NCBI GenBank assembly: GCA_964016885.1
Contig: OZ024743.1
Coordinates: forward strand, 255,192,001-255,256,000
Reading direction: 5' to 3'
Length of the DNA stretch: 64,000 bases
From: Eledone cirrhosa
Lineage: Eukaryota
A program made the translations under genes and the position numbers. Of the stretch, positions 39,534 through 51,963 are shown one piece after another. A model generated the notes under the pieces. It made no database searches, was not told where the DNA came from, and was given only the letters and a program-made list of their open reading frames with translations. The first letter of the stretch is position 1, and every line of letters starts with the position of its first letter.

Positions 39534-39536
39534 GTA

Positions 39537-39621
<85 letters not shown>

Positions 39622-39623
39622 AA

Positions 39624-39683
<60 letters not shown>

Positions 39684-40038
39684 GGAGGCACATGGCTTAG
39701 TGGTTTGAGCATTGGCTTTGCAATCGAAAGGTTGTGAGTTCAATTCTCAGACTGGGTGATGTGTTGTTTCCTTGAGCTAGACACTTTATTTCACATTGCT
39801 CCAGTTTACTCAGCTGTATAAATGAAATGATAGCATTGGGGTCCTTATCATTCCACTGCAAAGTGGTCGTGGAGGTGCCACGGCAAAAAGCACCCAGCAC
39901 TCACTGCAAAAGAGATTGGTGTTAGCAAGGGCATCCAGCTGTAGAAATCAAGCCAGAATCATTTCCCCTCCCACCCTTGCATGCAGGGAAAAAGCGGACG
40001 TTAAATGAAATGATGATGATGATGATGATGATGATGAT
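39684..40038 (+). mobile_element. tRNA-derived SINE (family of 10240)
   Basis: Colinear with 10240-10581. Confidence 0.9.
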
Positions 40039-40155
40039 ATACGTATATATACATATAAATACATATATATACATATATATAGATATATATATATATATAT
40101 ATATGAGAGACGTAAAATAAGAAAATTATAAAATTAACTTACTTACTAAAATTTC

Positions 40156-40235
40156 ACTCCAACTAATTAGTTTCTGAAAGGGAATAAACATAGTTTCCGA
40201 AGAAACGTATGGAGAAGCCTTTCGTCATCAGGGAA
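40156..40235 (-). ncRNA. Type I hammerhead-like motif in a pseudo-LTR-like segment (40105-40450)
   Basis: ttcc CTGATGA c gaaagg...cctttc a GAAAC TAATTA GTT ggag. Confidence 0.62.
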
Positions 40236-40454
40236 GTCTATTCTCAGCTAAGTTTCCAGGCAATATGTGGACACAGGGAACTTATACAAAAATAAATTCA
40301 GTGGATGGAAAAAAGCAAAGCGTGGACTAAATTCCAAACCATTGAAAAAATCACTGCCTACTGCGTCGGTGGCAAATTCAAAAGAATCAGTCACGTGACT
40401 TCGAGGTCAATCAGTGAAGAGTGGTTTGTTCAGAAGACAGCAGCCGGACCGTTA

Positions 40455-41573
40455 TTATAGTAGCAGTTTTGGCCAATTTTTGCTCGACAAAATAATTTGT
40501 TGTTGTCTCCGTGTGTGTGTTATCGTTGTTGTGTGTGTTGTTATATTGTTGTTTGTGTCTGCGTGTCTGTTGTTGTTGTATCTGGGTATGTTGCTATTGT
40601 TGTTGTTGATGTGTGTGTTGTTGTTATGGTTGTCTCCGTGTGTGTTATCGTTGTTGTGTGTGTTGTTATTGTTGTTTGTGTCTGCGTGTCTGTTGTTGTT
40701 GTATCTGGGTATGTTGCTATTGTTGTTGTTGTTGTTATTGTTGTTTGTGTCTGTGTGTCTGTTGTTGTTGGGATGTGTGTTGTATATGTGTGTGCGTATA
40801 TTGTTGCTTTTGTTTTTGATGCTCCAGCGTAGTTTTGTAAATGATTTTTCTATTTCTGACAGACAACTAATCATATTTACCTTCTTGAATGTCGCAAATT
40901 TGGGTGGCAGACGTAACACATACATTTCATTATTATCTATTTCCGTGTTTCCATAAATGTTGGTATTTTCGTTGTTGAACTCTTCTGATAATGAGGTGTC
41001 GGCCATGTTGATACCGTCAATTTTGTCGGGGTATCTATTGGTATACTCTTTAGTATCCCGATTTAGCTTTGCCTGTTTAAGCCACTTTAGTTTTCTGTTA
41101 AAGTGCTTATCACATTCTTGAGTAATGTACTGTTCTTCGGGGCGTATAAGGCTTATAAATATTAGTTCTTATGCTGGTGTGGTGATTTTAGCTATTTCTT
41201 GTATTAGGTTACGCTTTAGTTTTTCTTGATGACTTAATTCTCTATAGATCTTCTTTTTTATGTTTAGAATTAAAGTTCGTTTTAGCCTATCTGCTTGTTT
41301 TTTGGTGAGTTGTAATCTTCTAACGTCGGTATTGATGGTGTTGGTGTAGATTCTAGAAGTGGTGCACAGTTTTATGAAGCGTAGTTGTCGAGATGTTATG
41401 GTTTTTCGTAGACAACAGAACACGGTGGTTTTCAGTATCTTGTTAGCCTGGCTAAGGCTTACGATATTTCGTTTCTGAATTTGTTTAGCAAGATTCTTTA
41501 TCTGAAATCGTGTGTTGAAACCGATATTGTTATACTTTGGGAGGGTCATGTTGCCAATAAGAAACACACGCAC
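40455..41573 (-). pseudogene. N-terminal part of a PLE ORF (downstream tandem unit)
   Basis: ORFs 41169..41573 and 40455..41006 are in one frame with a single stop; EMYVLRLPPKF...EIEKSFTKLRW resembles PLE N-terminal regions; directly follows the hammerhead at 41690. Confidence 0.6.
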
Positions 41574-41689
41574 CAGTTGCTTTCACTTCAATTTATTATA
41601 TATTTATAAATTTATAAATTTACAAACTTATAAATTAATAAATTTCTGGTTGGTTGGTTGGTTCCACAACCAGATAGTTGTTTATATAT

Positions 41690-41734
41690 AGTCATAGTCC
41701 TTTCGTCACACACTCTGTGACCTCTTCAGTGACT
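41690..41734 (-). ncRNA. Minimal hammerhead in the pseudo-LTR of the PLE at 42018-43520
   Basis: agtca CTGAAGA g gtcaca gag tgtgac GAAAG GA CTA tgact. Confidence 0.78.
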
Positions 41735-42017
41735 GGGGATTCCTTTCTTGGTTTCTGTGCCTTTCCTTTCTTCTATCCTACGCCATTTTGTTTCTGTGTG
41801 TGTGTTGTGTGCTCAGTTTGCGTATGCGCCACATCCGGGTGTCTGTCTGTGTTTGTGTTCATTTATCTATTTGTTTATTTATTTATTTATTTATTGTTGG
41901 TTGGTTGTTTGTTCTATGTGTGTGTGTGTTTTCATTTTGTCCTGTGTGTGTTTTCATTTTGTGTGTTTTCAATTGTAAGTTGTTTGTTCTATGTGTGTGT
42001 GTGTTTTCATTTTGTCC

Positions 42018-43520
42018 TTAATTGTAAGTTGTGATGTTGCTGTTCCACTCATATTTTCTATTTAATTTTGGTTTTAATTCTTTTATGCTTACTGCCTCTG
42101 TAATTTGCCTAAACATTGCGTCTTTTCTGTGTGTGGATTCTATTTTTATTTCTATGCTCTCTAATCTAACCCTGTGTTCTATCTTAGCATGTTGGTAGAG
42201 CACAGATGACTCTTTATTATCTTGGAGGTCTCGCCAGTGTTCATTTATTTGTTCCCCTATACTACGAGCTGTCTCACCTATGTACACTATATTTTTGTTT
42301 CTACATTGTCCTTCAGTACATCTTAGGCTATACACTACATTTCTAGTTTTACAGTTAATATGGGGGCTTATTTTACAGGTTATACATTTCTTATCTATAC
42401 ATGAGGGTCTTTGGAACGGGTATGTCTTGCTAATAAGTGTTTTTACGGAGGTACCAGGCCTTTCTACTCTCTTAATATTGAGATTATGTTTATTTAGGGC
42501 CCTTCTAAATTTGTAGGCTAGTTCGCCTCTAGGGGTTGTATTGATGAACATTACACTCTGGTATTTATTGCTATCATACCATGAGTTTATTCTATTGGCC
42601 TTGTTCCTAGTTCTTTCTATTCTATTCCAAAATTTGCTCCTATAGAAGGGGCAGGTCCCATTTATGTCATTATTTACCATTTTTTCCCATTTGGTTCTGG
42701 CTCCTTTATACACTCTGATTCTATCTCTCTGATTGTAGCCAGAGAACTGCATACGGTGGATGAAGTGTTGTATGTGTCTCTCTAGTTCTTCGGGGTTCCA
42801 CATGCGGGACACATTTCTCATCACCCGTACCAAATCCGCAATCAGTATGTTGATTTTGGTATGGTCCGAAATGGCCGAGTTTCGGTGGATCAGATGTTTG
42901 GAAGTCATGGGTTTGGCATAATGGGAATGGAGGATTTGTTTTTGGTTGTTAATGGTATCTAACCAGAGCCCTGTGTCTAGTACAGGTAATCGATGGTTGG
43001 GGTGTCTACTTGGGTAGTCTATAGTAACTCTAATGCTCTGGTGGATGGAGTTTGCTATTTGCTGGATGCTTTCCATTGTGTTTTTCTCTAGTTCCTGACT
43101 GTTCTTTAGTGGGGGTGTCTTAACTACGATGTTTATATCATCTACGTAGCGGGAGTACATTATAAGGGTTAAGCTGTCTTCTAATTGTTCATTAAGTTTT
43201 TGTTTAAGTCTACTGTCCCACCATACCATGAATAAGTTAGCTATGTCGCCTGCAATGCTAACACCAATGGCTGCTCCTTCCTCTTGGGCATATGTTTTAC
43301 CATTAAATTTGAACATATGTTCCTTAAGGGTTAATTTTATGCTGGCCCCTACCGCATGTGCAATCATTTTCTTCAGTTCATCGTGGTTTTCGGGTGTCCG
43401 TATGGCTCTGGTCCACCCGTTCCATCTATCTGTGTGGGTTTTCTTGGCCATTGAGGTAATGGTAGGTGGTCTGCCTCTTGTTGGTCTTGTAGGGCATAGG
43501 TTGCTAAGGTCATAAGCGTC
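42018..43520 (-). CDS. Penelope-like element RT (C-half) plus GIY-YIG endonuclease, 5'-truncated open frame
   Basis: [45 protein letters not shown]...YIGETARS...EH...H...ITEA. Confidence 0.88.
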   Translation of the reverse strand, partial: DAYDLSNLCPTRPTRGRPPTITSMAKKTHTDRWNGWTRAIRTPENHDELKKMIAHAVGASIKLTLKEHMFKFNGKTYAQEEGAAIGVSIAGDIANLFMVWWDSRLKQKLNEQLEDSLTLIMYSRYVDDINIVVKTPPLKNSQELEKNTMESIQQIANSIHQSIRVTIDYPSRHPNHRLPVLDTGLWLDTINNQKQILHSHYAKPMTSKHLIHRNSAISDHTKINILIADLVRVMRNVSRMWNPEELERHIQHFIHRMQFSGYNQRDRIRVYKGARTKWEKMVNNDINGTCPFYRSKFWNRIERTRNKANRINSWYDSNKYQSVMFINTTPRGELAYKFRRALNKHNLNIKRVERPGTSVKTLISKTYPFQRPSCIDKKCITCKISPHINCKTRNVVYSLRCTEGQCRNKNIVYIGETARSIGEQINEHWRDLQDNKESSVLYQHAKIEHRVRLESIEIKIESTHRKDAMFRQITEAVSIKELKPKLNRKYEWNSNITTYN

Positions 43521-43539
43521 TAGGTAACTATTGCTATAT

Positions 43540-43671
<132 letters not shown>

Positions 43672-43685
43672 GTATATATATTTAT

Positions 43686-44399
43686 ATAATCAAGGTTTAG
43701 CAAATAAGAAAAAGTATCAAAATAAATTTTAAAAAATTAAGTCAAGTTAATTTTTAGAAATTTATTTTGAAACTTTTTCTTATTTGCTAAACCTTGATTA
43801 TATATGTTCTGGCTCGTTAATTTATTAACCTGCCATTGTACCACATTGGCATATGATTGGACAATACATGTGTCCCTAAGCGCCTTGTGAGTGTAGGAAC
43901 ATATACTTTATTATTATTATTCTCCTCTTGGTTCAGAAAAAATTTGGTCGTTCTGACTGCTGCTAGTTATAGCGGGAGCAGACTGACCTCCCTGCCTTTG
44001 CTTCTATCTTTACACACAGCACTTGAAAGAATTGCTTCCACTTCATTTATTCTCATCTCGGGAACAATTTTGAATAGCGCCAGTTCGTAATTTAAACTCG
44101 GGAATTTTATATTCTCCGAGTGAAAAGATCTTTCTGACGAGAGTTTATCTTTGCAACGGATGCCGTATGGACTGTCCGTTTATTTTTGAGACTCGAAACC
44201 GATTCGGTAAAGGTAACCATAGTAAGTAAAGTTAATTTTTAAAAATTTATTTTCAAACTTTTTCTTATTTGCTAAACCTTGATTTTTCTATGTTCTGGCT
44301 CGTTAATTTATTAACCTGCCATTGAACCACATTGGCATATGGTTGGACAATACATGTGTCCCTAACGCCTTGTGCGTGTAGGAACATATACTTTATTAT

Positions 44400-44400
<1 letters not shown>
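43686..44400 (+). mobile_element. Retrozyme-like non-coding element: ~485-bp unit, about 1.35 copies plus 5' inversion
   Basis: 43744-43917 recurs at 44229-44400; 43686-43740 is an inverted copy of the unit start; flanked by (TA)n. Confidence 0.85.
44130..44213 (+). ncRNA. Type I hammerhead ribozyme
   Basis: cttt CTGACGA gagttt...agactc GAAAC CGATTCG GTA aagg. Confidence 0.82.
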
Positions 44401-44433
<33 letters not shown>

Positions 44434-44599
44434 CACAATATATAGAGAAACACACATACATGCGGACACACACATATACATGAATATATCCACATCCATC
44501 CTTGAGTTAATGGTGCCAACCTTAACCGATGTTGCTCTATGAATAACTGGGACAAACCAATCCGAATGGATTAGACTGAACCAGTATCAGAGCTATAAA

Positions 44600-44962
44600 G
44601 TACATTATGAAGAGAGAAGAAACATTAGATATAATTAGTAATAAGATGTATCATACCTAAACTGCTTCTAAATTCCTCGACTACGTAGTTTCGTGGCATA
44701 ATCAAAAACAATATATCACAGAGATATAGAATTTTTGTGAGGTCTGCCGACTTATCAAGACGATACCTCATTAAGGGTTTCAAAAAAACGTCTGTAAGAT
44801 GCGAGATAGAATCCTAAAAGGCGGAGGGGGAGTCAATCACTTGATACAGCGGTCAATTGTTTTTGATTATGCCACGAAACTACGTAGTCGAGGAATTTAG
44901 AAGCAGTTTAGGTATGATACATCTTATTACTAATTATATCTAATGTTTCTTCTCTCTTCATA

Positions 44963-44967
<5 letters not shown>
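44600..44967 (-). mobile_element. Foldback element (~110-bp arms) with U3:A8 hammerhead at 44674-44763
   Basis: 44601-44712 is inverted at 44856-44967; tcgtc TTGATAA gtcggca...tgccac GAAAC TACGTA GTC gagga. Confidence 0.75.
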
Positions 44968-45026
<59 letters not shown>

Positions 45027-45030
<4 letters not shown>

Positions 45031-45158
45031 CGTTTCTGAATTTGTTTAGCAAGATTCTTTATCTGAAATCGTGTGTTGAAACCGATATTGTTATACTTTG
45101 GGAGGGTCATGGTGCGTGTGTTTCTTATTGGCAACATGACCCTCCCAAAGTATAAAAA
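45027..45158. mobile_element. Tiny foldback copy of the PLE segment 41465-41575
   Basis: 45027-45110 matches 41466-41549; 45111-45155 is an inverted copy of about 41531-41574. Confidence 0.8.
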
Positions 45159-45179
45159 TATATATATATATATATATAT

Positions 45180-45515
45180 TTAATACAATAACAGAGATAG
45201 CTTAAAGCTAAACTCTGACTGGTAACCATGTCACTCAACAAACATTAGGTTATATGTTAGTATAAACCCAATTTAAGTGTTTGGGGTGCTAACTATATGT
45301 ATTATGTGGAAAGCCAGTTGTATTATTTCATGAGATATAGTTAAAGTTAAAATATATCTCTCTTTCCAAACAATTGTTTCATTATAAATTTTCTACATTT
45401 TAGGAGAATGTTTCCAGTTTATGTAGAAGCCTATCATATATTCATGTAAAAATATATTTAGGTGGGCGTTTATAAATCATCAGTGGAAGCCCATTAAACT
45501 TTGATATGAGAAAAA
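45180..45515 (-). mobile_element. Second copy of the 34760-35082 terminal unit with hammerhead at 45364-45488
   Basis: ttcca CTGATGA t ttataa...ttataa t GAAAC AATT GTT tggaa on the minus strand. Confidence 0.8.
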
Positions 45516-45574
45516 TATATATATATATATGTGTGTGTGTGTGTATATATATATATCTATGTATATATATATAT

Positions 45575-46477
45575 AACCAGGTTTGATGGTCTTTATTCTC
45601 TCTCGTTCAAGATTTCACCGAACTTATATTCATGGAAATTTGGGACTTGACTCGTTCTTGCTCACTTTTCGTTGCTTTACCATCTTTGTTTGTTTAAGCT
45701 CTCGCTGTTCCCTTTATTTACGTGTTCCAACGACTTTCTTTAGCCATTGCTCGCACCAACCGGAGGTATATGGTATTTAAAGCGATGAAATACCGATGAT
45801 GGTTGGAAGATCACTGATGAAGGACCAACTTTATTCATATGTAACCCATTCGCAACCACGCAACACGTTTATTCTCATATTTACACATATATTTTCCCCC
45901 GCTGTGAGCCGTCTATTTCGTTCTTACTACTTCCTCTTTCTCTGTATCTTTACCCTCTCTAACAGTCACTCTCTCTGTTAGCCTCTTCCTCACCCTTCAC
46001 TCACTCACTCTCTGTTACTACCTCTCCTCCTCCTCCTTCTTCCCGTTTGACCTGTGCGTAATTCTTTTCTTTCGCACGCTTGGCCAGGCCGGTTCCCCTT
46101 TTTTCTCTCTCTCGTCTACGATTTCACAGAACTTATGTCCACCGAATTCACAGACTAGACTCCTTCTTCCTCCCGTTTGACCTGTGCGGAATTCCTTCCT
46201 TGCTCACATTCCAACCAGGTTTGATGGTTTTTATTCTCTCTCGTTCACGATTTCACTGAACTTATATTCATGGAAATTTGGGACTTGACTCGTTGTTCCT
46301 CACTTATCGTTGCTTTACCATCTTTGTTTGTTTACACTCTCGCTGTTCCCTTTATTTACGTGTCCCAACGACTTTCTTTAGACGTTGCACGCACCAACCG
46401 GAGGTATATGGTCTTTAAAGCGAAGAAATACCGATGATGGTTGGAAGATCACTGATGAAGGACCAACTTTATTCATA
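45575..46477. repeat. Partial tandem, ~640-bp unit with ~265-bp direct repeats, between (TA)n tracts
   Basis: 45575-45840 recurs at 46213-46477. Confidence 0.8.
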
Positions 46478-46489
46478 TATATATATATA

Positions 46490-46577
<88 letters not shown>

Positions 46578-46578
<1 letters not shown>

Positions 46579-49500
46579 ATCATCATCATTATCATCATCA
46601 CTGTTTTATGTCCATTCTTCCATGCTTGCATGGGTTAGATGGGTTGTCCTGTTGTGGGCAGTGTCCGGTCAGCTGACCATGCCTTCCTCATACGGGAACT
46701 GATTCTGGCTTGATTTCTACAGTTGGATGCCCTTCCTAACACCAACCTCATTTACAGTGAGTGCTGTGTGCTTTTTTTCCGTGGCGCCTACATGTCCACT
46801 CTACAGTGTGGGCTGGGTGCTTTCTTTCCGTGGCACCTCCACGACCATTTTGCAGTGGGAGGGTGTGGGGCATATTGTCTATATGCTTCAGCTTCGGCTT
46901 GTACCCATGGTCTTCTGTATTACTGCGTGATGCCAGAGGTCACGGTGTCATCGCCTTTGAGAGTTGTAACTGGGTAAGGTCGGCTTTTATCACCTCATCT
47001 CAGGTCTATTTCGGTCTCCCCACTCCGCGGTTTCCATTGACTTCTAGTGCTCTGCACATTTTCATGCAACTCTCATCCTTCATACGCATCACATGTCCAT
47101 ACCAACGCAACCGCCTCTCCTGCATACAGCATATGATTCCTCTTATGCTCTGTCTCTCTTTTAATTCATTTACGCTTTGCCGTTCGCGTATATTACTATT
47201 ACACATCCATCGGAGCATCCAGGCTTCGTTTCTTTCTAATCTATGCAAGTCTTCCACAGGCATAGCCCAGGTCTCACTACCATGTAACATTGATGTTCGT
47301 ATACTCGCATCATACAGTCTGCCTTTCATTTTGAGGGAAAAACCTTTTGCAGCTAGCAGTGGCAGTAGCTCCCTGAACTTCTTCCATCCTGTTCTTACCC
47401 TAGATAATTTACTTTCCGAACACCCACCTCCGCTGCTAATTCGGTCACTTAGGTAGCAGAAGCTGTCTACTGTTTCTACAGAGCCCTCCCAGAGTTTGGT
47501 GGCACTTGTTTCCTGTGGCTGTTTGTGCTTGCTGTCTCAGCACAGCTGCTACATGTGAAGCCTACATTAGTTAAGCTTCCTGAGATCCCACTACATCTCT
47601 TGTATACCCACTGTTTGCTTTTGGAGCAGAGAATGGAGTTCCTACCTACACGTTTCCTACTGAGCAAGGCCATTTCCCTGAGAGGATCTGGGTTCTGTTT
47701 TCTAGTCTACTTACAAGGACCTTAGTCTTTGTCGGGTTGACTTTGAGACCCTTTCTTTCTAGTCCCTGATTCCAAGTTTGGAATTTCTTCTCTAGTTCTA
47801 CCATAGATTCAGCTATAAGTGTGGGGTCACCTGCATAAGGAGTTTCTATGGGCATCCGGTCTTAAACTCCTCCGTTATTGCCTGCAGGACTATGATGAAC
47901 AGGAGAGGGCATGGAACAGAGCCCTGGTGGACACCGACCTGTATGCTAAATTCCTCGTTATAGTAATTGCTAATCCTAATTTTGTTGACTGCTCCCCTAC
48001 ACATGGCTTGTAGAGCTGTTACAATCCATTCATCTACTCCTAGTTTTCAAAGAGCCCACCAGATTATAGCACGGGGAACTCTGTCAAAGGCTTTCTCGAT
48101 ATCGACGAATGCCAGGTAGAGTGGCCTACATTTAGCTAGGTACATTTCCTGTAACTGCCTCACAAGGAAGTGGGCATGAGTGGTGCTTCTTCCTGTCACA
48201 AACCCAAATTGCATCTAATCTAATTTCATCCAGTCCCTAGCCAACTATACTATAACTCTTTCTGTTACTTTCATGACCTGGTCGATCAGCTTTATACCTC
48301 TATAGTTTCCTCTATCTAGTGCATTACCTTTACCTTTATAGCAGTTGGCAATGATGCTACTGCACCAATCCTTTGGTATGACACCTTCTAGTATTACCTG
48401 GTTAACAATACGTATTGTTATGGTGTGACCTACCGATCCAGATGCCTTCAGCATCTCGGCAGCTATACCCGATGGACCGGTTGCCTTCCCCGTCTTCATA
48501 TCTTTGATTGCCTTACGTACTACGCAGCTGCTGACTTGTACTGCTGGCCCCTCTATAGGGTCTACTTGGGGTAGGGTCTCTTCTTCCCATGCATTCTCAT
48601 CATTTAGTAATCTATCATAATGGCTCTTCCACACATCTTTCTTCTCAGCACTTGTGAGGGCAAGCTCACCTTTATAATTCCGGATACACTCCTCTCCAAT
48701 GACATCACAATTCTCTCTGACACACTGCCTCGCAATCTTGAACACCTCCTGTTTCTGGTCCTCACATTGCAAAACATGCTTGAATTTTCTATCCTCTGCT
48801 TTCCTCCTAGCTAAGTATACTTGTCGCCTAGCTTCGCTCCTGGTCTCTATGTAATGTACCCTGTTCCCCCCGTTCTACTATTCTTTCCATGCCTGTCTCT
48901 TGGCCGTAACTGCCTCATCTACCTTATTGTTCCATCACCAAGTCACTCTCCTCCTCCCTGTGGTCTTACTCCAGCCACAGATCTCATCTGTCGCCTTTAG
49001 TAAGTTATTTTTTAGGAACTCCCAGTGCTCTTCTACATTGAATGTCTGTATCTGTTCTTCTTTACTGTCATAGGCGTTGAGTATAATATCTTCAAATCTG
49101 TCACTGGCTGAGTGGTCTTTCAGTTCCCAGATCTTTCTTCTCCAGGCTGGCTCCTTTTTCCAGGTTCGTCTAGTTCTGACCGTGAGGTCGCTGACAACTA
49201 AGGTATGTTGAGAGGTTTATTCCTCACTAGGAAAGACTTTTTTTTTTACCACCGTCCATCTGTCACGTCCTCTGATGAGGATACAATCTATCTGACTATG
49301 ATGCTCCCTTGATCTATAGGTGATCAGATGGTTGTCAGGTTTTTTTTAATTTGTGTTACATATCCACATGTCATTGGCGTCGCAGAATTCTAGAAGCCTG
49401 GGGCCTTCTTCATTTCTTGTGCCAAACCCATGACCTCCATGGACTCTGTAGAAGCCGCCATGGTGTTTACTTACGTGTCCGTTAAAATCTCCTGCAAGGA

Positions 49501-50420
49501 TTAGGAAGACATTGTCGTTTGTTAGAGCAGTAGTGTGCATTACGGACTTGTAAAACCTATCCTTAAGTTGGTCTGGCAACCCCGATTGGGGTGCGTAAGC
49601 TGATATTATTGTGGTAATTGTTTTATTGATTTTAATGATTCTTATCTACCCACTTGTCAGCTAGTAGAATACCTACACCATCCATATCATCGTCATTTCC
49701 CACCCAGAAAAATTTGTAGCACTGACCTTTTCCTACAAGGACTCTAGCAGACTCTCCTCTCCATCTAGTCTCTTGCACACAGCATACATCAATTTCCTTT
49801 CGCTCTAGCATCTCTACGATTTCTCCTGCTCTTCCTTTCATTGTGCTTACATTGACGGTTCCAACTCAGAGTTTTGGGCATTTGTCAACATTCGTGGGAA
49901 AGGGTAGATTTTTTGCAGGGGTGTGTGTATGCTTCTTGTCTCTGAATTGAAACTTCGCATGAGTGCTTTGTAGCTCGCAGATTCATATTTATTTATTAAT
50001 TAGGGGTTGCTCCATTTATTCTCAGCTCATCTATACATAACGATAGGAGAATTCAGGGCTAGAAGAACAGTTGTGGAGGTAATAATGTCAGGGTTTGTTG
50101 GGGCTGGGACGGGTGAGGAGAGAGGTAGGTAGTACTAGTACTGGCAGAGTTTGTTGGGGTTGGTAATGGGTGGGAGGCACATGCTGAGGTTTGATTGGTC
50201 GAATAGGCTAGGTGGTGTGAGGGGGAGGGAAATTGTGAGATAGGTAGCCATCATGGCATATAGCATCTCAGGGCAAAATAAACTGATATGAGTACCTATA
50301 TTAGACAAGGTGAAATGTTAGGATTTCGAAGGGAGTAGATGACTTCGTAGAGACAGCGAAATGATAAATAGAACAATAATAATGTAAGAGAGAGGAAGGG
50401 AGTAGATAACTTCATAGAGA
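46578..50420 (-). mobile_element. Near full-length degenerate RTE LINE (APE, RT, PHD-like finger, long 3' UTR)
   Basis: VGTVNV..., CCVQETRW, ISAYAPQ, AGDFNGHV, KATGPSG, NYRGIKL, AFVDIEKAFD, LHGSETW; 5' boundary approximate. Confidence 0.88.
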
Positions 50421-50429
50421 ATTCATAGA

Positions 50430-50755
50430 TATTCTTATAGAATTCCAGTAATATTTTTGCTTGACCGGCAACCGCTCTGTATAATCAGTTCCTGATTATT
50501 ACTGGAATTATATAAGAATCCAACACACATAATTTTCGGCAAACAAAAGGAGTGCTAGGTTTTGATAAGTACCAACAGTACGAAACAGTGCTCTGTCAGC
50601 TTATCTCCCCTTGTTTACTGAAGATAGAAGTAAGTGACATAGTCACTACCTTAAAACAATAGCGTAAGGTCTTCAAGATGCTTTTAATTAAGCATAGAGT
50701 GTATTGCAAAATACACTATATATACATTCATATATATATCACTATTTCAGAGCAC

Positions 50756-50760
<5 letters not shown>
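50430..50760 (+). mobile_element. Diverged relative of the 310-bp retrozyme-like family, with U3:A8 hammerhead at 50555-50603
   Basis: Shares GACCGGCAACCGCTCT, CAGTTCCTG, AGGTCTTCAA, CTATTTCAGAGCA; taggtt TTGATAA gtac caaca gtac GAAAC AGTGCTCT GTC agctta. Confidence 0.82.
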
Positions 50761-50821
<61 letters not shown>

Positions 50822-50825
<4 letters not shown>

Positions 50826-51318
50826 TCAAGAAAGAAGAGTGACATGGTTCGCTATAAAATAAGGGCTTTATTCACATTGCTGACAATTGCTTCTTTGATC
50901 TGGTAGGTCTAGAGTTCGCTATCCGCCTGATTATGCGTCAATCGATCTCCAATACTTTGTTTATAACCAGTCGTTTTCATCACAGCATGCGAAATGAAGA
51001 AGATACAGAAGGCATGACTTTTATATAGGTGTCGTATTAAACCAGAACAATTATATCAATAATAAATTAAAATAACTACATAGCAAATAGTTAAAATAAT
51101 TACATCAATATAGGTAAGAAATAGAGTATAATGAAGAATCTAGCATGTTAAACAAACTGATATGATAAATATGTATGGAATTGACATGTGAAAACTGCTA
51201 TAGGGTACATTAGATATAGTGTTACGGTTGCGACGAGATAACAGTAACCACTAAAATGTACTTGGAGACATCTGGACTACATCTAAATGGACTGCCTATA
51301 ACGATAAGCTGTTAACCC

Positions 51319-51320
<2 letters not shown>
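50822..51320 (-). mobile_element. Non-coding insert in (TA)n with decayed hammerhead (about 50877-50990)
   Basis: tgct GTGATGA ...ctggt...accag... GAAGC AATT GTC agca; two core substitutions. Confidence 0.45.
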
Positions 51321-51373
<53 letters not shown>

Positions 51374-51377
<4 letters not shown>

Positions 51378-51898
51378 AAAGAATAAAGGTGTAACACACA
51401 AGTTATTATATATTGGTAAACGGAATAGAAAATGCTGACAAATTGTTCACAGTGAAAAATAGTTTAATTAGGAATAAATGAGAATTAGTAATTGTATTGG
51501 TTAGTATTCAGTTTTGGTTTTAAGTTTTACCGGTTGCGCATTTCTAAATGCTTTTCAAAAATAATTTTGAGATAGAGCGTCCGTGATGTTTGCTCTGATC
51601 TGATTAGTTTTGGGAATTCTACCTGTTTTTATGTTAAAAAAGTGGCTCCAGCGCTATTAAAATTGGTTTTTGCGCCAATTCGTGTTGCAAAAATTCTTGT
51701 GGTCAAAACAATTTTGATTGGTCGGTAGAGGTCATGTGAATGTAAAAAATTGATTTTGCGCCAAGACTGAGAAATGACTCTTTCACAACAAATATGTGTG
51801 TGTGTGTAGTAGTAGTAGTAAAGTGTTCGTTGTTAATGGTTAGCAGGGATGTGTGTGCGAACCGCAGCCTGTTGACAGTTCAAATGCCTATTAAGACA

Positions 51899-51963
<65 letters not shown>

